Shown piece after piece: positions 31,989 to 42,132 of a DNA stretch of 64,000 bases. The notes under the pieces are model-generated. The model was not told the DNA's origin, did not search any database, and saw only the letters and a list, made by a program, of their open reading frames with translations. The DNA is taken from NCBI GenBank assembly GCA_001804415.1, contig MHGA01000031.1:10788-74787 (forward strand), read 5' to 3'. The translations under genes and the position numbers were made by a program. Numbering within the stretch: position 1 is the stretch's first letter; every line of letters starts with the position of its first letter. This stretch comes from Candidatus Aquivivens invisus. GTDB taxonomy: Bacteria > Omnitrophota > Gorgyraeia > Aquiviventales > Aquiviventaceae.

Positions 31989-33829
31989 TACCCGCAAGCG
32001 GGGGTCGGCGTGGCGGGAGATCTGGCGCTTTCCTCGTAGAGACGACGGATGAGGTCGTGATAGCGCAGGGCGATCGCAGCCCGCTTGGCCTTGAGGGTTG
32101 GCGTCAGCTCCCCTGCGGCCTGGGTGAATTCCTGATCCAGCAACGCAATGGCTTTGATCTGCTCAAAGCTCGGCAGATCCTGCTGCAGGGCTTGGACGCG
32201 CGCCCAGAGGAAATCACGGATCGTGGGGGATCGGACAAGTTCCTGAGGCGTCGATGGCATCCCGTGAGCCTTGGCGTATTCCCCCAGGCGCTCAAACCTT
32301 GGGACGATCAACGCGACGCAGTAGGGCTCCCGATCCCCGTAGAGAAAGGCCTGTGCGATGTACTCGTCGGTGATCAACAGGTTTTCAAGTTTCTGTGGCG
32401 CGACGAATTTCCCCCCGGCGGTTTTGATCAAGTCTTTCTTTCGATCCGTGATGGAAAGAAACCCCTCGGCATCAATGGCGCCGATATCACCGGTGTGGAA
32501 CCACCCCTCAACGATCGCCGCGCGGGTCGCCTCGGGTTTGCGATAATACCCCTGCATGACATGCGGGCCTTTCGTGACGATCTCGCCATCCTCCTCCAGC
32601 CGCAGCTCCGCACCATCGATGGGGAGTCCCACGGTGCCGAACTTGAGGGCCGTCAGACGATTCACGGCGATCACCGGTGAGGTTTCTGTCAGGCCATAGC
32701 CTTCAAGGATGGCGACGTGGATGCTGTAGAAGAATTCCCCGATGGTTTTGGCCAGCGGGGCGCTCCCGGAAACGAAGAACCGCAACCGGCCGCCAAGGCG
32801 GTGATGGAATTTTCGAAAGACAAGCTGCCTCGCTAGCCATTCCCTGCCCCACAGCGCCGGCGGAATCGGTCGGCGGGCCAGCCGGCACGCGCCCGTTTCC
32901 CGTCCGATCGACAAAGCCCACTCAATGATTCGCCGTTTTCTCGGCGGGGCCTGGCGAATCGCTTCATGGAGGCGCGCGTACAGCTTTTCGAAAAATCTCG
33001 GTACCCCCAACATGACGGTGGGGCGGGCCTCCAGCATGTTCTTCGGGATCGTCTCCATGTCCTCGGCATACGCCACGGAGGCTCCTGCCATCAGCATGAG
33101 ATACCACCCGGCCATGCGCTCGAACACGTGGCTAAGCGGCAGGAAAGACAGATGCCGATCTCTGGAGGTGATGGGGATGACCTTCATGCAGGCGAAGGCG
33201 TTGGACAGAAAATTTCGGTGAGAGAGCATGACGCCTTTTGGCTCCCCCGTTGTACCTGAGGTGTAGATCAAGGTCGCCGTCTCATCGGGGCGGATCTGTT
33301 GCACCCGCTGGCTCATGAGCCCGGCCAGCTTTGGCACTGCGCCTTCCCCTTCTTCGATAGCTTTGGCCCAGGATCGCTCGTGGGAGGCAAGAGACCCCTC
33401 GGCGGCCATGACGATCACCAGCCGGATCGATGCAACCTTTGGGCAAATCGCACTCAGCTTCTGGGCTTGCTGGCGTGTTGATGCGACGCACACGACGGGC
33501 TCGCAATCCCTGAGAATTTGGAGGATGTCGGCCTCGTTGAGACTTGGGTACAAGGGAACCGTCCACGCCCCGAGCTGCTGGATGGCCAAGTCGGCGATAC
33601 CCCACTCCGGGCGATTCTCGGAGAGGATCGCGACCCGGTCGCCCCGCTGCACACCCTGCTGCCACAAAAAGGCGCCCAGGGCCTTGACGCGCTTGGCGAT
33701 CAGATCCCACGTGAGGGGCAGGTAGCGTCCCTTGATGTTCTCCCACATCAGCGGCTTGCGTCCAAACCGCTTAGCCTGGCGGAAGAATAACTGAGGGATC
33801 GTCTCGCTCATCTGGGCCTCCGCGGTCAT
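31988..33829 (-). CDS. fadD: Long-chain fatty acid--CoA ligase
   Basis: IYTSGTTGEPKG, SFLPLSHVFER, EGYGLTE, WFHTGDIG, ELTPTLK. Confidence 0.93.
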   Translation of the reverse strand: MTAEAQMSETIPQLFFRQAKRFGRKPLMWENIKGRYLPLTWDLIAKRVKALGAFLWQQGVQRGDRVAILSENRPEWGIADLAIQQLGAWTVPLYPSLNEADILQILRDCEPVVCVASTRQQAQKLSAICPKVASIRLVIVMAAEGSLASHERSWAKAIEEGEGAVPKLAGLMSQRVQQIRPDETATLIYTSGTTGEPKGVMLSHRNFLSNAFACMKVIPITSRDRHLSFLPLSHVFERMAGWYLMLMAGASVAYAEDMETIPKNMLEARPTVMLGVPRFFEKLYARLHEAIRQAPPRKRRIIEWALSIGRETGACRLARRPIPPALWGREWLARQLVFRKFHHRLGGRLRFFVSGSAPLAKTIGEFFYSIHVAILEGYGLTETSPVIAVNRLTALKFGTVGLPIDGAELRLEEDGEIVTKGPHVMQGYYRKPEATRAAIVEGWFHTGDIGAIDAEGFLSITDRKKDLIKTAGGKFVAPQKLENLLITDEYIAQAFLYGDREPYCVALIVPRFERLGEYAKAHGMPSTPQELVRSPTIRDFLWARVQALQQDLPSFEQIKAIALLDQEFTQAAGELTPTLKAKRAAIALRYHDLIRRLYEESARSPATPTPACG

Positions 33830-35661
33830 CGCACGATCCCCTCTTCGAGCCAGAGATACTGGTCGTTCAGGACTGCCTGCGCGGTATGGTACAACCGGCG
33901 GTCATCAGGGTCATCCAGATGACGCAGTCTCTCATGGATTCTTCGACGCGCCAGACGGCAAAAGAGATCAGCGAGCCTGGCCGGGCGCGAATCATCAAGG
34001 GACTGTTGGCTGAGGCGTTGGGCTTTGGAACAGACAGCCACCATCGCGAAGAGGTCAGCCCCGATATCCACCAACCGTCCCAGGAGCTGCTGACGGTACG
34101 CGAGGCGGGTCTGGTGCTTGACGGCGTTATGGAACAAGGCCAGGGCCGTCTGATGACAGGCGCGCTCGACAAAGCGCAGATGGAAAGCCAACGGCCCGAG
34201 TTTCCCAAAACGGCGGGTGCCAAGCAGCGACAACCACTGAGCGGGCCACCACAAGGCGTAATAGCCTGTCGCCTTGGACAACGCTGGAAGCTTAGCTGCC
34301 ACCGATCCGCCCGGGCTCAAGATCGGACCCACGCGGCGCATATGACCATCGAGGGCCTCGCGGGCGATAAACAATCGCATGATCTCGCTGGTACCTTCAA
34401 TGATGAGGTTGATGCGGCTTTCGCGCACGATCCGCTCAACCGGATCAGGACGCTCTCCTCGGGCACGCAAGGAATCGGCGGTCTCATACCCCCGACCGCC
34501 ACGAATCTGCAGCGTCTCATCCGCGATCCGCCACGTCGCCTCAGAGCAAAACAGTTTCGCCATGGCCGCTTCCAGACGGATATCCGTGGCGCCCCGATCC
34601 GCCATCGCTGAAACCATCCACACCATCGCATCCATGGCGAAGATCGTGGCGGCCATCTCACCAAGCTTGGCCGCAATGGCCTCGTGCTGGCCGATGGCGC
34701 TGCCCCACTGCTTGCGTTCTTTCGCCCATTGTCGTGAAATCTGCAGGCATCGTTTGGCGGTCCCGACGCACGCCGCCGGCAACGTGAGCCGGCCGGTATT
34801 CAGGGTCATCAGGGCCAACTTCAACCCCTGCCCCAGACCCCATAGCAGGTTCGCCTTGGGGACGCGGACATCGGTGAACCGCAACACGCCGTTCTGGATC
34901 CCCTTCAGACCCATGAAGTCACAGCGATGAACCACCTCCACCCCCGGCATCGACCGTTCCACAATAAACGCGGTCACCTGCGTGCGTTCCTTGCCGCGCA
35001 CGATGACCGGTGCGGTTTTGGCCATCACGACGATGACCTCCGCAACCGGCCCGTTGGTGCACCACAGTTTCTGCCCGTTCAAGAGGTAGGCTTCTCCGCC
35101 GTCAACCGGGGTGGCGGTCGTTTCCATATGAGCCGGGTCAGATCCCGCACCAGACTCCGTCAGGGCAAACGCGGAAACCGTGCCGGTCGCCAGGCGAGGG
35201 AGATACCGTCGTTTCTGCTCCTCGGTGCCGAACAACTTGAGCGGTTGCGGGGCCCCGATGCTTTGATGGGCGCTCAGCCACACCGCGGTGGATCCGCAGT
35301 AACTCGCGATGAGGGAAATCACCCGATTGTAATTGACCTGCGAAAGCCCTAAGCCCCCGTAGGTCGTCGGGATCTTCATGCCGAAACATCCCAGACGGGC
35401 CAATCCCTCGATGACATGCGGGGGCATCTCTTTGGTGCGGTCGATCGCATCGGGATCGACATGGGCGCGCAAGAAGGCTTCCACCCGCCCTAGGTACTCC
35501 TCGCCGATCCGGCGATCCCCCTCCTCCTGCTCAGGATAGGGGAAGACGAGACGAGCATTGAGGTGGCCCATGAACAGCTCAGCGACAAAGCTGGGGGCGT
35601 GCCACTCAGTCTGCCGCGCGGCTTCGGCCACTTCCAACGATTCTTGGTGCGTCGCCATCAC
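33826..35661 (-). CDS. fadE: Acyl-CoA dehydrogenase (long VLCAD/ACAD9-like type)
   Basis: AFALTE..AGSD, LNGQKLWCTNG, LNTGR, GGRGYE, IIEGTSEI; 611 aa. Confidence 0.92.
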   Translation of the reverse strand: MMATHQESLEVAEAARQTEWHAPSFVAELFMGHLNARLVFPYPEQEEGDRRIGEEYLGRVEAFLRAHVDPDAIDRTKEMPPHVIEGLARLGCFGMKIPTTYGGLGLSQVNYNRVISLIASYCGSTAVWLSAHQSIGAPQPLKLFGTEEQKRRYLPRLATGTVSAFALTESGAGSDPAHMETTATPVDGGEAYLLNGQKLWCTNGPVAEVIVVMAKTAPVIVRGKERTQVTAFIVERSMPGVEVVHRCDFMGLKGIQNGVLRFTDVRVPKANLLWGLGQGLKLALMTLNTGRLTLPAACVGTAKRCLQISRQWAKERKQWGSAIGQHEAIAAKLGEMAATIFAMDAMVWMVSAMADRGATDIRLEAAMAKLFCSEATWRIADETLQIRGGRGYETADSLRARGERPDPVERIVRESRINLIIEGTSEIMRLFIAREALDGHMRRVGPILSPGGSVAAKLPALSKATGYYALWWPAQWLSLLGTRRFGKLGPLAFHLRFVERACHQTALALFHNAVKHQTRLAYRQQLLGRLVDIGADLFAMVAVCSKAQRLSQQSLDDSRPARLADLFCRLARRRIHERLRHLDDPDDRRLYHTAQAVLNDQYLWLEEGIVR

Positions 35662-36665
35662 CGCGACACGAGGTTGACCGGCGTGCCCTGCAGGAAATTC
35701 GCGATATTCGAAACGGTGGTTTCAAGAATGCGCTGCAAGGCTTCTCGGCTGTCGAAGGCGATATGCGGGGTGATGACCACGTTCTCCCGATGGAGCAGGA
35801 TATGGTTCTTGAGCGCCGTCACCAATCGCTCCTTCGAAAACTCTTTCTCCAGCAGCTGCCGCTCTTCTTTCACCAGCTCTTCCCCCTCCAAGACGTCCAA
35901 GCCGGCCCCACCGAGCGCCCCTTCATCCAACGCCCAGACCAGCGCGTGGGTGTCAATGAGCCCGCCTCGGGCCGTATTGATCAGCAAGGCCCCCCGTTTC
36001 ATGAGGCGGAATGTCTGTCGGTTCATCAGGTGGTGCGTCATCGGGGCGTAGGGCAGATGCAGGCTGACGATGTCCGCGCGGCGCAAGAGCTCAGCCAGGC
36101 TGACATAGCGAAAATCCAGCACTTCGCTTAAGAAGGGGTCTTTCCGGGTGTCATACGCGAGGACGTCCATCCCGAACCCTTTGGCCATCTTGATGACGTG
36201 CATGCCGATCTTGCCGGCGCCCACGACCCCGAGGGTCTTGCCCTTCAGGTCGAACCCCTGCAGGCCCTCAAGCGAGAAATCGCCCTTGACGGTCCGGACG
36301 TAAGCTTTATGGACGTTGCGGGACAGCGAGAGGATCAGCGCGAAGGTGTGCTCGGCGACGGTGTTTTCGCCGTAAGCCGGCACATTGGCCACGCTGATCT
36401 TGCGGGCGCGACAGGCGGACAGATCGATATGGTCAAAGCCGGTTGAGCGGCTCGCGATGAGGCGGGTGCCGCGAAGACGGGCCAGGAGCGACCGTGTCAA
36501 CCGGGAGTAGATGAACACCGAGACGATCGGCGCGTGGCGAGCCGTTGGGAGCGAAGCGTCGGTCAAGGGCGTGGTGATAAAACGGGCGCTCAACCGCAAC
36601 GGGTTGAGCGCCCTCGCCAAGAAACGGCGTTCCCACGGGGCTGTTTCAAAAAACACTGCGCGCAT
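35658..36665 (-). CDS. D-2-hydroxyacid (D-lactate-type) dehydrogenase
   Basis: RSTGFDHID, NVPAYG, VAEH, GAGKIG, INTARG, GLDV, TPHIAF. Confidence 0.92.
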   Translation of the reverse strand: MRAVFFETAPWERRFLARALNPLRLSARFITTPLTDASLPTARHAPIVSVFIYSRLTRSLLARLRGTRLIASRSTGFDHIDLSACRARKISVANVPAYGENTVAEHTFALILSLSRNVHKAYVRTVKGDFSLEGLQGFDLKGKTLGVVGAGKIGMHVIKMAKGFGMDVLAYDTRKDPFLSEVLDFRYVSLAELLRRADIVSLHLPYAPMTHHLMNRQTFRLMKRGALLINTARGGLIDTHALVWALDEGALGGAGLDVLEGEELVKEERQLLEKEFSKERLVTALKNHILLHRENVVITPHIAFDSREALQRILETTVSNIANFLQGTPVNLVSR

Positions 36666-36668
36666 CGG

Positions 36669-37445
36669 TCAACGATCTTGGAACTTCGGTTGACGCTTCT
36701 CGAGGAAGGCGCTGACCCCCTCCTTGGCGTCTTGGGTTTCCGCCACGCGCCCAAACGCTTCGGCTTCAGCCGCAAGACCCGCCTCGAGCGGCTGCCCCAG
36801 ACCTTGCTCCGTCACGCGCAACGCCGCCTGCACAGCGACTTGTCCTTTGGAGGCGATCTTGCGCGCCAGGTCCTTGGCCGCCTTCATCACCTGGTCCTGC
36901 GGTACGACCTGGTTCACCAATCCTAACCGGTGGGCCTCCTGGGCGGTGATCAGGTCTCCCGTGAGGATGAGCTCCAGCGCTTTGATCGTTCCGATGAGAC
37001 GAGGCAACCGCTGGGTGCCTCCAAAACCTGGGATAATTCCCAGGTTGATTTCCGGTTGGCCGAATCGGACGCGGTCACCGGTCAGGCGCAGGTGGCAGGC
37101 CATGGCCAATTCGTTTCCGCCGCCCAGGCACACGCCGTTGATGGCCGCGATCACCGGCTTGCCCAGCCGTTGAATCTTGGTCATGACCGCCTGCCCGCGG
37201 GCTGCCACCTCGGCGGCTTCCCGACCTGAAGAGAGCGAGGCGATTTCTTTGACGTCAGCCCCGGCGACAAACGCAAATGATCCACCTCCGGTGAGAATGA
37301 CCACCTTGACTGCAGCGTCGGTTTTCACGGCTTCGAGCGCTTGGTCAAGCTCGGCCATGACCTGACGGTTCAACGCATTGACCGGAGGACGGTCAATGGT
37401 GACGACGGCCACGCCTTCTTCGGCCGTCACTTTTAGGTATTGCAT
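36669..37445 (-). CDS. Enoyl-CoA hydratase
   Basis: [40 protein letters not shown]. Confidence 0.95.
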   Translation of the reverse strand: MQYLKVTAEEGVAVVTIDRPPVNALNRQVMAELDQALEAVKTDAAVKVVILTGGGSFAFVAGADVKEIASLSSGREAAEVAARGQAVMTKIQRLGKPVIAAINGVCLGGGNELAMACHLRLTGDRVRFGQPEINLGIIPGFGGTQRLPRLIGTIKALELILTGDLITAQEAHRLGLVNQVVPQDQVMKAAKDLARKIASKGQVAVQAALRVTEQGLGQPLEAGLAAEAEAFGRVAETQDAKEGVSAFLEKRQPKFQDR

Positions 37446-38666
37446 CTAATAGTCGAAGAAGCCCTTCTTGGCGCTCTTCCCTACGTGGCCCGCCGCAACC
37501 TTCCGCTTCAACAAGGGGGCCGGCCAAAATCGGCTCCCGAGCTGCTTGCGGAACTGTTCGAGCTCCTGCAAGACGATCTGAAGGCCGAGCTCATCCGCGT
37601 AATGCAGAATCCCGCCTTTGGATTGAGGGAATCCGAGGCCGGCGATAACCGCCAGGTCGACTTCGGCTGCCGTGCACACCCGTTCTTCCAGACATCGAAT
37701 CGCCTCATTGACCATCGGGAAGATCACGCGATTGACGGAAAATGCGCTCGGGCGTTTCGGCGTGGCGGTGGCAAGTGCTTTTACCACAGCCTCGAATTCC
37801 GGATCCGGTCGGCCCGCTCGGTCACCATACAAGTAAAATCCAGCCCCGGATTTTGCCCCGTACCTCCCCTTGGCATACAAGCCCTCCCACAGGGCGGCGG
37901 GTTGCATCCGATCGCCGTACGCATCCACGAGGATGTTGACCACCTCGCGGCAGACGTCAAACCCGAGTTGATCCACCAGCATAAATGGGCCCATCGGAAA
38001 TCCCAGCCCGACAATCGCTTCGTCAATCTGCTGAGGTGTCGCCAAGCCCTCCTGGACGCAGAAGGCGGCCTCGTTGAGGTATGGCATCAGGATACGGTTG
38101 ACCAGAAACCCCGGGCATTCATTGACGCGAACCGGCAATTTACGCAGGCTTTCGGCAAAGGCCGTCAGATCGCCGACGGTTTCCTCGGCCGTCTCCAGGC
38201 CCGGGATGATTTCAACCAGCTTCATGATGTGCGCCGGGTAGAAGAAGTGCATCCCGATGGTTTTGTGCGGCCGTTTGGTCGCGGCGCCGAGGGCCGAAAT
38301 GGACAAGGAGGAGGTGTTGGACGCCAGAATGGCGCTTTCCGAGGCCGCCGCATCGAGATCAGAGAAAATCTTTTGTTTAAGCGCCAGCTGTTCCGGCACC
38401 GCTTCGATCACCACATCCACGTCGCGGAACGGCTCATAGGTGGTCGTGGGAATGACCAGGGCCATCTTTTGATCCATTTCTTCCTGCGTCATCTTGCCCC
38501 GATCAACCCGACGTTGGTAAATCTTGCGGATCGTTTCAAGCCCTTGATCGAGGCGAGGTTGATCGACATCTTTCAGCACCACGGGCAGGCCACTGAAGGT
38601 GATCGTCTGCGCGATCTCCGCGCCCATCGCCCCCGCCCCGACGACCGCCGCTTTATAGATATACAT
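37446..38666 (-). CDS. 3-hydroxyacyl-CoA dehydrogenase with two C-terminal domains
   Basis: GAGAMG, IEAVPE, ASNTSSL, GMHFF, PGFLVNR, MGPF. Confidence 0.95.
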   Translation of the reverse strand: MYIYKAAVVGAGAMGAEIAQTITFSGLPVVLKDVDQPRLDQGLETIRKIYQRRVDRGKMTQEEMDQKMALVIPTTTYEPFRDVDVVIEAVPEQLALKQKIFSDLDAAASESAILASNTSSLSISALGAATKRPHKTIGMHFFYPAHIMKLVEIIPGLETAEETVGDLTAFAESLRKLPVRVNECPGFLVNRILMPYLNEAAFCVQEGLATPQQIDEAIVGLGFPMGPFMLVDQLGFDVCREVVNILVDAYGDRMQPAALWEGLYAKGRYGAKSGAGFYLYGDRAGRPDPEFEAVVKALATATPKRPSAFSVNRVIFPMVNEAIRCLEERVCTAAEVDLAVIAGLGFPQSKGGILHYADELGLQIVLQELEQFRKQLGSRFWPAPLLKRKVAAGHVGKSAKKGFFDY

Positions 38667-39859
38667 CAGGCGCGCTCAAACACCATGGCCACACCCTGCC
38701 CGCCTCCGACACAGAGCGTGGCAAGTCCGAGCGGCACGCCTCGTCGCTTCATCTCATGCAAGAGCGTGATGACAATCCGCGTCCCGCTCTGCCCGACCGG
38801 ATGGCCCAGGGCGATCGCCCCGCCGTTGACGTTCACAATCTCGCGGTTCAGATTCAGGGTTTTTTCGCACACCAGGTAGGTGGCGGCGAACGCCTCGTTG
38901 ATTTCAATCAACCCAATGTCCTTGAGCGACACGCGGGCCTTCTGTAACGCCTCCGGAATCGCCAGGGCCGGTCCCAACCCCATGCGGTGAGGTTCCAGGC
39001 CGACCACGGCGTATGCCCGGAGTGTCGCGAGAGCGGCAAGCCCAAGCTCCTTCGCTTTCTGGGCAGACATGACGAGGACGGCTGCGGCGCCGTCGGCGTT
39101 GAAACAACTATTGCCGGATGTGACGGTTCCGCCCTCTTTGAAAATCGGCGGGTATTGGCTGAGCATCTGCTCATTCAGCGCGGGATTGACGCCCTCATCT
39201 TGGACGAACGGTTCCGGCGGGAGGTCCTTCCCGTAGGCTTTTTTCGGGACCAACACCGTCGTCAGTTCGTCTTTGAACCGTCCTTCGCGAGTGGCGCGGA
39301 AAGCCCGCTGGTGAGATAACAGGGCAAAGCGGTCTTGGTCCTGGCGGGTAAGCCCGAATTCCTCGACGAGATTCTCAGCGGTGCGTCCCATGATCTGTCC
39401 GCATACCGGATCGGTCAACCCTTCCCAGATGGTGTCGATGAGTTCGGAGTGCCGCAACCGCTTCCCCCACCGCAGGTCCCGGTTCACATAGGGGGCCGCA
39501 CTCATGCACTCCGTGCCGCCGGCGATCTGCACATCCCGCTCGCCGCAGAGGATGTTCTGGTACGCGTTGATCACGGCTTGCAGACCGGAGGCGCAGTTGC
39601 GTTGCACCGTATAGGCCGGGACGCGGTTCGGCAGGCCTGCCAGCAAGGCGATGACGCGCGCGACGTTGGGAGCGTCCGACGTCTGCCCCACGCAGCCGAA
39701 CACCACCTCCTCAATCGTGTCGGGCCTCACGCGGGTTCGAGTGAGCAGCTCGCGGATGACGAGTTCGCCAAGCCGCTGCGCGGTGAACGATTTCAAGGCG
39801 CCGCCAAACACGCCTTGCGGCGTGCGTAGTCCCTCGACAATCACGACCTGAGTTGACAT
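38666..39859 (-). CDS. Acetyl-CoA C-acyltransferase (thiolase)
   Basis: [31 protein letters not shown]. Confidence 0.96.
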   Translation of the reverse strand: MSTQVVIVEGLRTPQGVFGGALKSFTAQRLGELVIRELLTRTRVRPDTIEEVVFGCVGQTSDAPNVARVIALLAGLPNRVPAYTVQRNCASGLQAVINAYQNILCGERDVQIAGGTECMSAAPYVNRDLRWGKRLRHSELIDTIWEGLTDPVCGQIMGRTAENLVEEFGLTRQDQDRFALLSHQRAFRATREGRFKDELTTVLVPKKAYGKDLPPEPFVQDEGVNPALNEQMLSQYPPIFKEGGTVTSGNSCFNADGAAAVLVMSAQKAKELGLAALATLRAYAVVGLEPHRMGLGPALAIPEALQKARVSLKDIGLIEINEAFAATYLVCEKTLNLNREIVNVNGGAIALGHPVGQSGTRIVITLLHEMKRRGVPLGLATLCVGGGQGVAMVFERA

Positions 39860-39868
39860 CGGACGTGT

Positions 39869-39897
39869 ATCGTACCGGTCGGAAGCTAGCTTGTCAA
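39869..39897 (-). promoter_or_regulatory. sigma70 promoter for the beta-oxidation genes, near-leaderless
   Basis: TTGACA-N17-TACGAT overlapping the end of the patatin gene; thiolase ATG 9 nt downstream. Confidence 0.75.
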
Positions 39898-42132
39898 CGC
39901 AACCGTTCCGCTCTGTTGAGCCATGGTGGTTGAGAGATCGAGCGCGCCCGTTGCGCGTTGCAGGACCGGCAACAGGCGCAGGGCCTCTTCTTCGCCTCGC
40001 TGGATGAACTTCTCTGGATGATAAAACTCCAACCAGTGAGAACCTGGGATGGTGGGGCGGAGCACCACGTCAGCTTCCCGGCAGGCCATCTCGCCGATGT
40101 GGTACTCCATGGATTGCATCGCCCGCATGATCACATCAAACACCAGCGGAGAGACGGATCGTATCAGCTCCTGGCGAAGCCGAAGCATGAGCCTGACCAG
40201 GAGCGGCCTGGAGGCGACATGCGCTTCCCATTCCGCTCGTTGCCGCTGGGCCTGCTCGAGGTACGTTCTCAGTTGCGGGGTGGTGGGAAATACGTTGACC
40301 GCAATCACCCGGTGCGCCCCGGCTTGTTTGACGACGGCCACCGGGACGGGACTGACGACGCCACCGTCCACACAGAGCTTGCCCTGGTAGGTGACGGGTT
40401 TGAAGATCCCTGGGATTGAGACGGAGGCACGCACCGCGAGCGCAATCGGGCCGGTTGCGAAGATCACTTCCTCGCGAGCCATGGGGTTGGACGCGACGAT
40501 TCGAAGCGGCAGACGGGTTTGCTCGAAGGTTTTACCGGCAAAGTCATTCTCCAAGTGAGCCATCAATTGGGCGCCCTGGATGGGCCCTCCGACGAGCGGT
40601 CCCATCAGGAGCGCCAGGATGACGCACACGATGAATCCCAACAAGAGCCCTGCCCACACGCCGGCCAGCACCCCCATCAGACCACCTGCCAGAGCGCCGA
40701 TGACCAGGCTCGCGGCCGGCAAACCCAGGTCAAAGACGAACAACCGCCGGATGTCCCACGGGTTCTTAAACCGAAGCGCCATACGTTCCAGTTCCTGAGC
40801 GGAGACTCCGGAGGCCCACAATCCCCCCACCAGTGCGCCGATGCTCGAGCCGGACACGAGATCAATTGGGATGTGTTCCCGTTCGAAGACTTTCAAGACC
40901 CCGATATGCGCCAGCCCCAGGGCGGCGCCTGACCCCAACGCCAGGCCCACCAGCAGTCCACCAAGATCTCGGGCGACATACCGCACCGCGCGCGCGTACG
41001 GCGAGTTACGCTGGTCGAGGAGACGAAGCAACTCATCAATGCTCACTTCGCCGGAAGGCGTCTCGATGTGGGGCAAGGCGAGGTCGATCGGGCGCTCCAG
41101 CGTCTCAGCGACTTGAGCCGAGGTCAGACGTTCGCGCTCGGACTCAACGAGATTCAGGACGATCTTCATCTGCTGAGGGGGCGACCCCACGGCATCGCGG
41201 AGCTGCCGCATGAGGGCCTGTGTCCGGATCACCGATTCGCGCGTACAATCAGTCACGAGGTAGATCAGATCGGCTTGGGTCAGGGCTTTCAGGACCGTGG
41301 CATCGACGTCGATCGGTAAATCCATCAGGATATACCGATAATGCTGAGCCAGCTCACTCGCCAAGGGGGCAATTAAGGCTTCGTGCCCCTCGTGGGTGGT
41401 CGGTGCCCCGGCATACAGAAAGTCAAACCCGGCAGGATGATGCTGGATCTCATGGGCGATCTCTTCATCGGAGACCAATCCCTGGTGGACGATGGACCTG
41501 ACGTGTGGGTGGCTGGCGCCTCCAAAGAAGCGATTGATCTGCCCCTCCGGCGTGTTGACATCAACGAGGATAACGGGCTGGTGCGTTTCGCGCCGCAAGG
41601 AGGTCGCCAACGCCACCGTAAACAAGGTCCGTCCGACTCCGCGCGCCGCGCTATAGATCGCGAGAATCGTGGCTTCGGTCCCACCGCCAGCGGCATGCCC
41701 TTTGATGCGCAGGCGCTTGGAGAGGAGACGGCTTAAATAGAGCACCAAGGACGGGATTCGATTGATCAGCTCTTCAAAATCGTGCTTCTCGAGTTGGAAG
41801 ATGAGGGTGTCATTAAGGGCCTGGACGGTTGCGGAATGGGGCTCACCGGTCAGCAGGGAGACTTCCCCAAATGTATCCCCGTTATGCAAGACGGTGTAGA
41901 GGTGCTTCGTCCCATCGATGACCGAGAACACCTCAAGCCGGCCGGAGGCGACAATGTAGAGGGCGGCGGCCGCCTCGCCCTCCCGATAGAGCATTTCCCC
42001 TTTCTTATATTCCACGAGGCGGGTGCGCGCGGCGACGAGATGGAGATGCTCCTCGGTGCATGAGGAGAACAGCGCGATCCGTCGCAGGATGCTGAGCTTC
42101 TCTTCCGAACCAGGCTGATCGGCAATCGTCAT
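39886..42132 (-). CDS. cNMP-binding / MinD-CpaE-like / patatin phospholipase fusion (NTE-like) with TM insert
   Basis: cNMP domain FGEVSLL..PHSATV; degenerate P-loop YSAARGVGRT..VILVD; patatin GSGAALG, GSSIG, DGG. Confidence 0.88.
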   Translation of the reverse strand: MTIADQPGSEEKLSILRRIALFSSCTEEHLHLVAARTRLVEYKKGEMLYREGEAAAALYIVASGRLEVFSVIDGTKHLYTVLHNGDTFGEVSLLTGEPHSATVQALNDTLIFQLEKHDFEELINRIPSLVLYLSRLLSKRLRIKGHAAGGGTEATILAIYSAARGVGRTLFTVALATSLRRETHQPVILVDVNTPEGQINRFFGGASHPHVRSIVHQGLVSDEEIAHEIQHHPAGFDFLYAGAPTTHEGHEALIAPLASELAQHYRYILMDLPIDVDATVLKALTQADLIYLVTDCTRESVIRTQALMRQLRDAVGSPPQQMKIVLNLVESERERLTSAQVAETLERPIDLALPHIETPSGEVSIDELLRLLDQRNSPYARAVRYVARDLGGLLVGLALGSGAALGLAHIGVLKVFEREHIPIDLVSGSSIGALVGGLWASGVSAQELERMALRFKNPWDIRRLFVFDLGLPAASLVIGALAGGLMGVLAGVWAGLLLGFIVCVILALLMGPLVGGPIQGAQLMAHLENDFAGKTFEQTRLPLRIVASNPMAREEVIFATGPIALAVRASVSIPGIFKPVTYQGKLCVDGGVVSPVPVAVVKQAGAHRVIAVNVFPTTPQLRTYLEQAQRQRAEWEAHVASRPLLVRLMLRLRQELIRSVSPLVFDVIMRAMQSMEYHIGEMACREADVVLRPTIPGSHWLEFYHPEKFIQRGEEEALRLLPVLQRATGALDLSTTMAQQSGTVALTS

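Noticed and set aside
39886-42132. Patatin as a CBASS/Pycsar anti-phage effector
   Set aside because: No CD-NTase, cyclase or other defence genes are adjacent, and the context is lipid catabolism.
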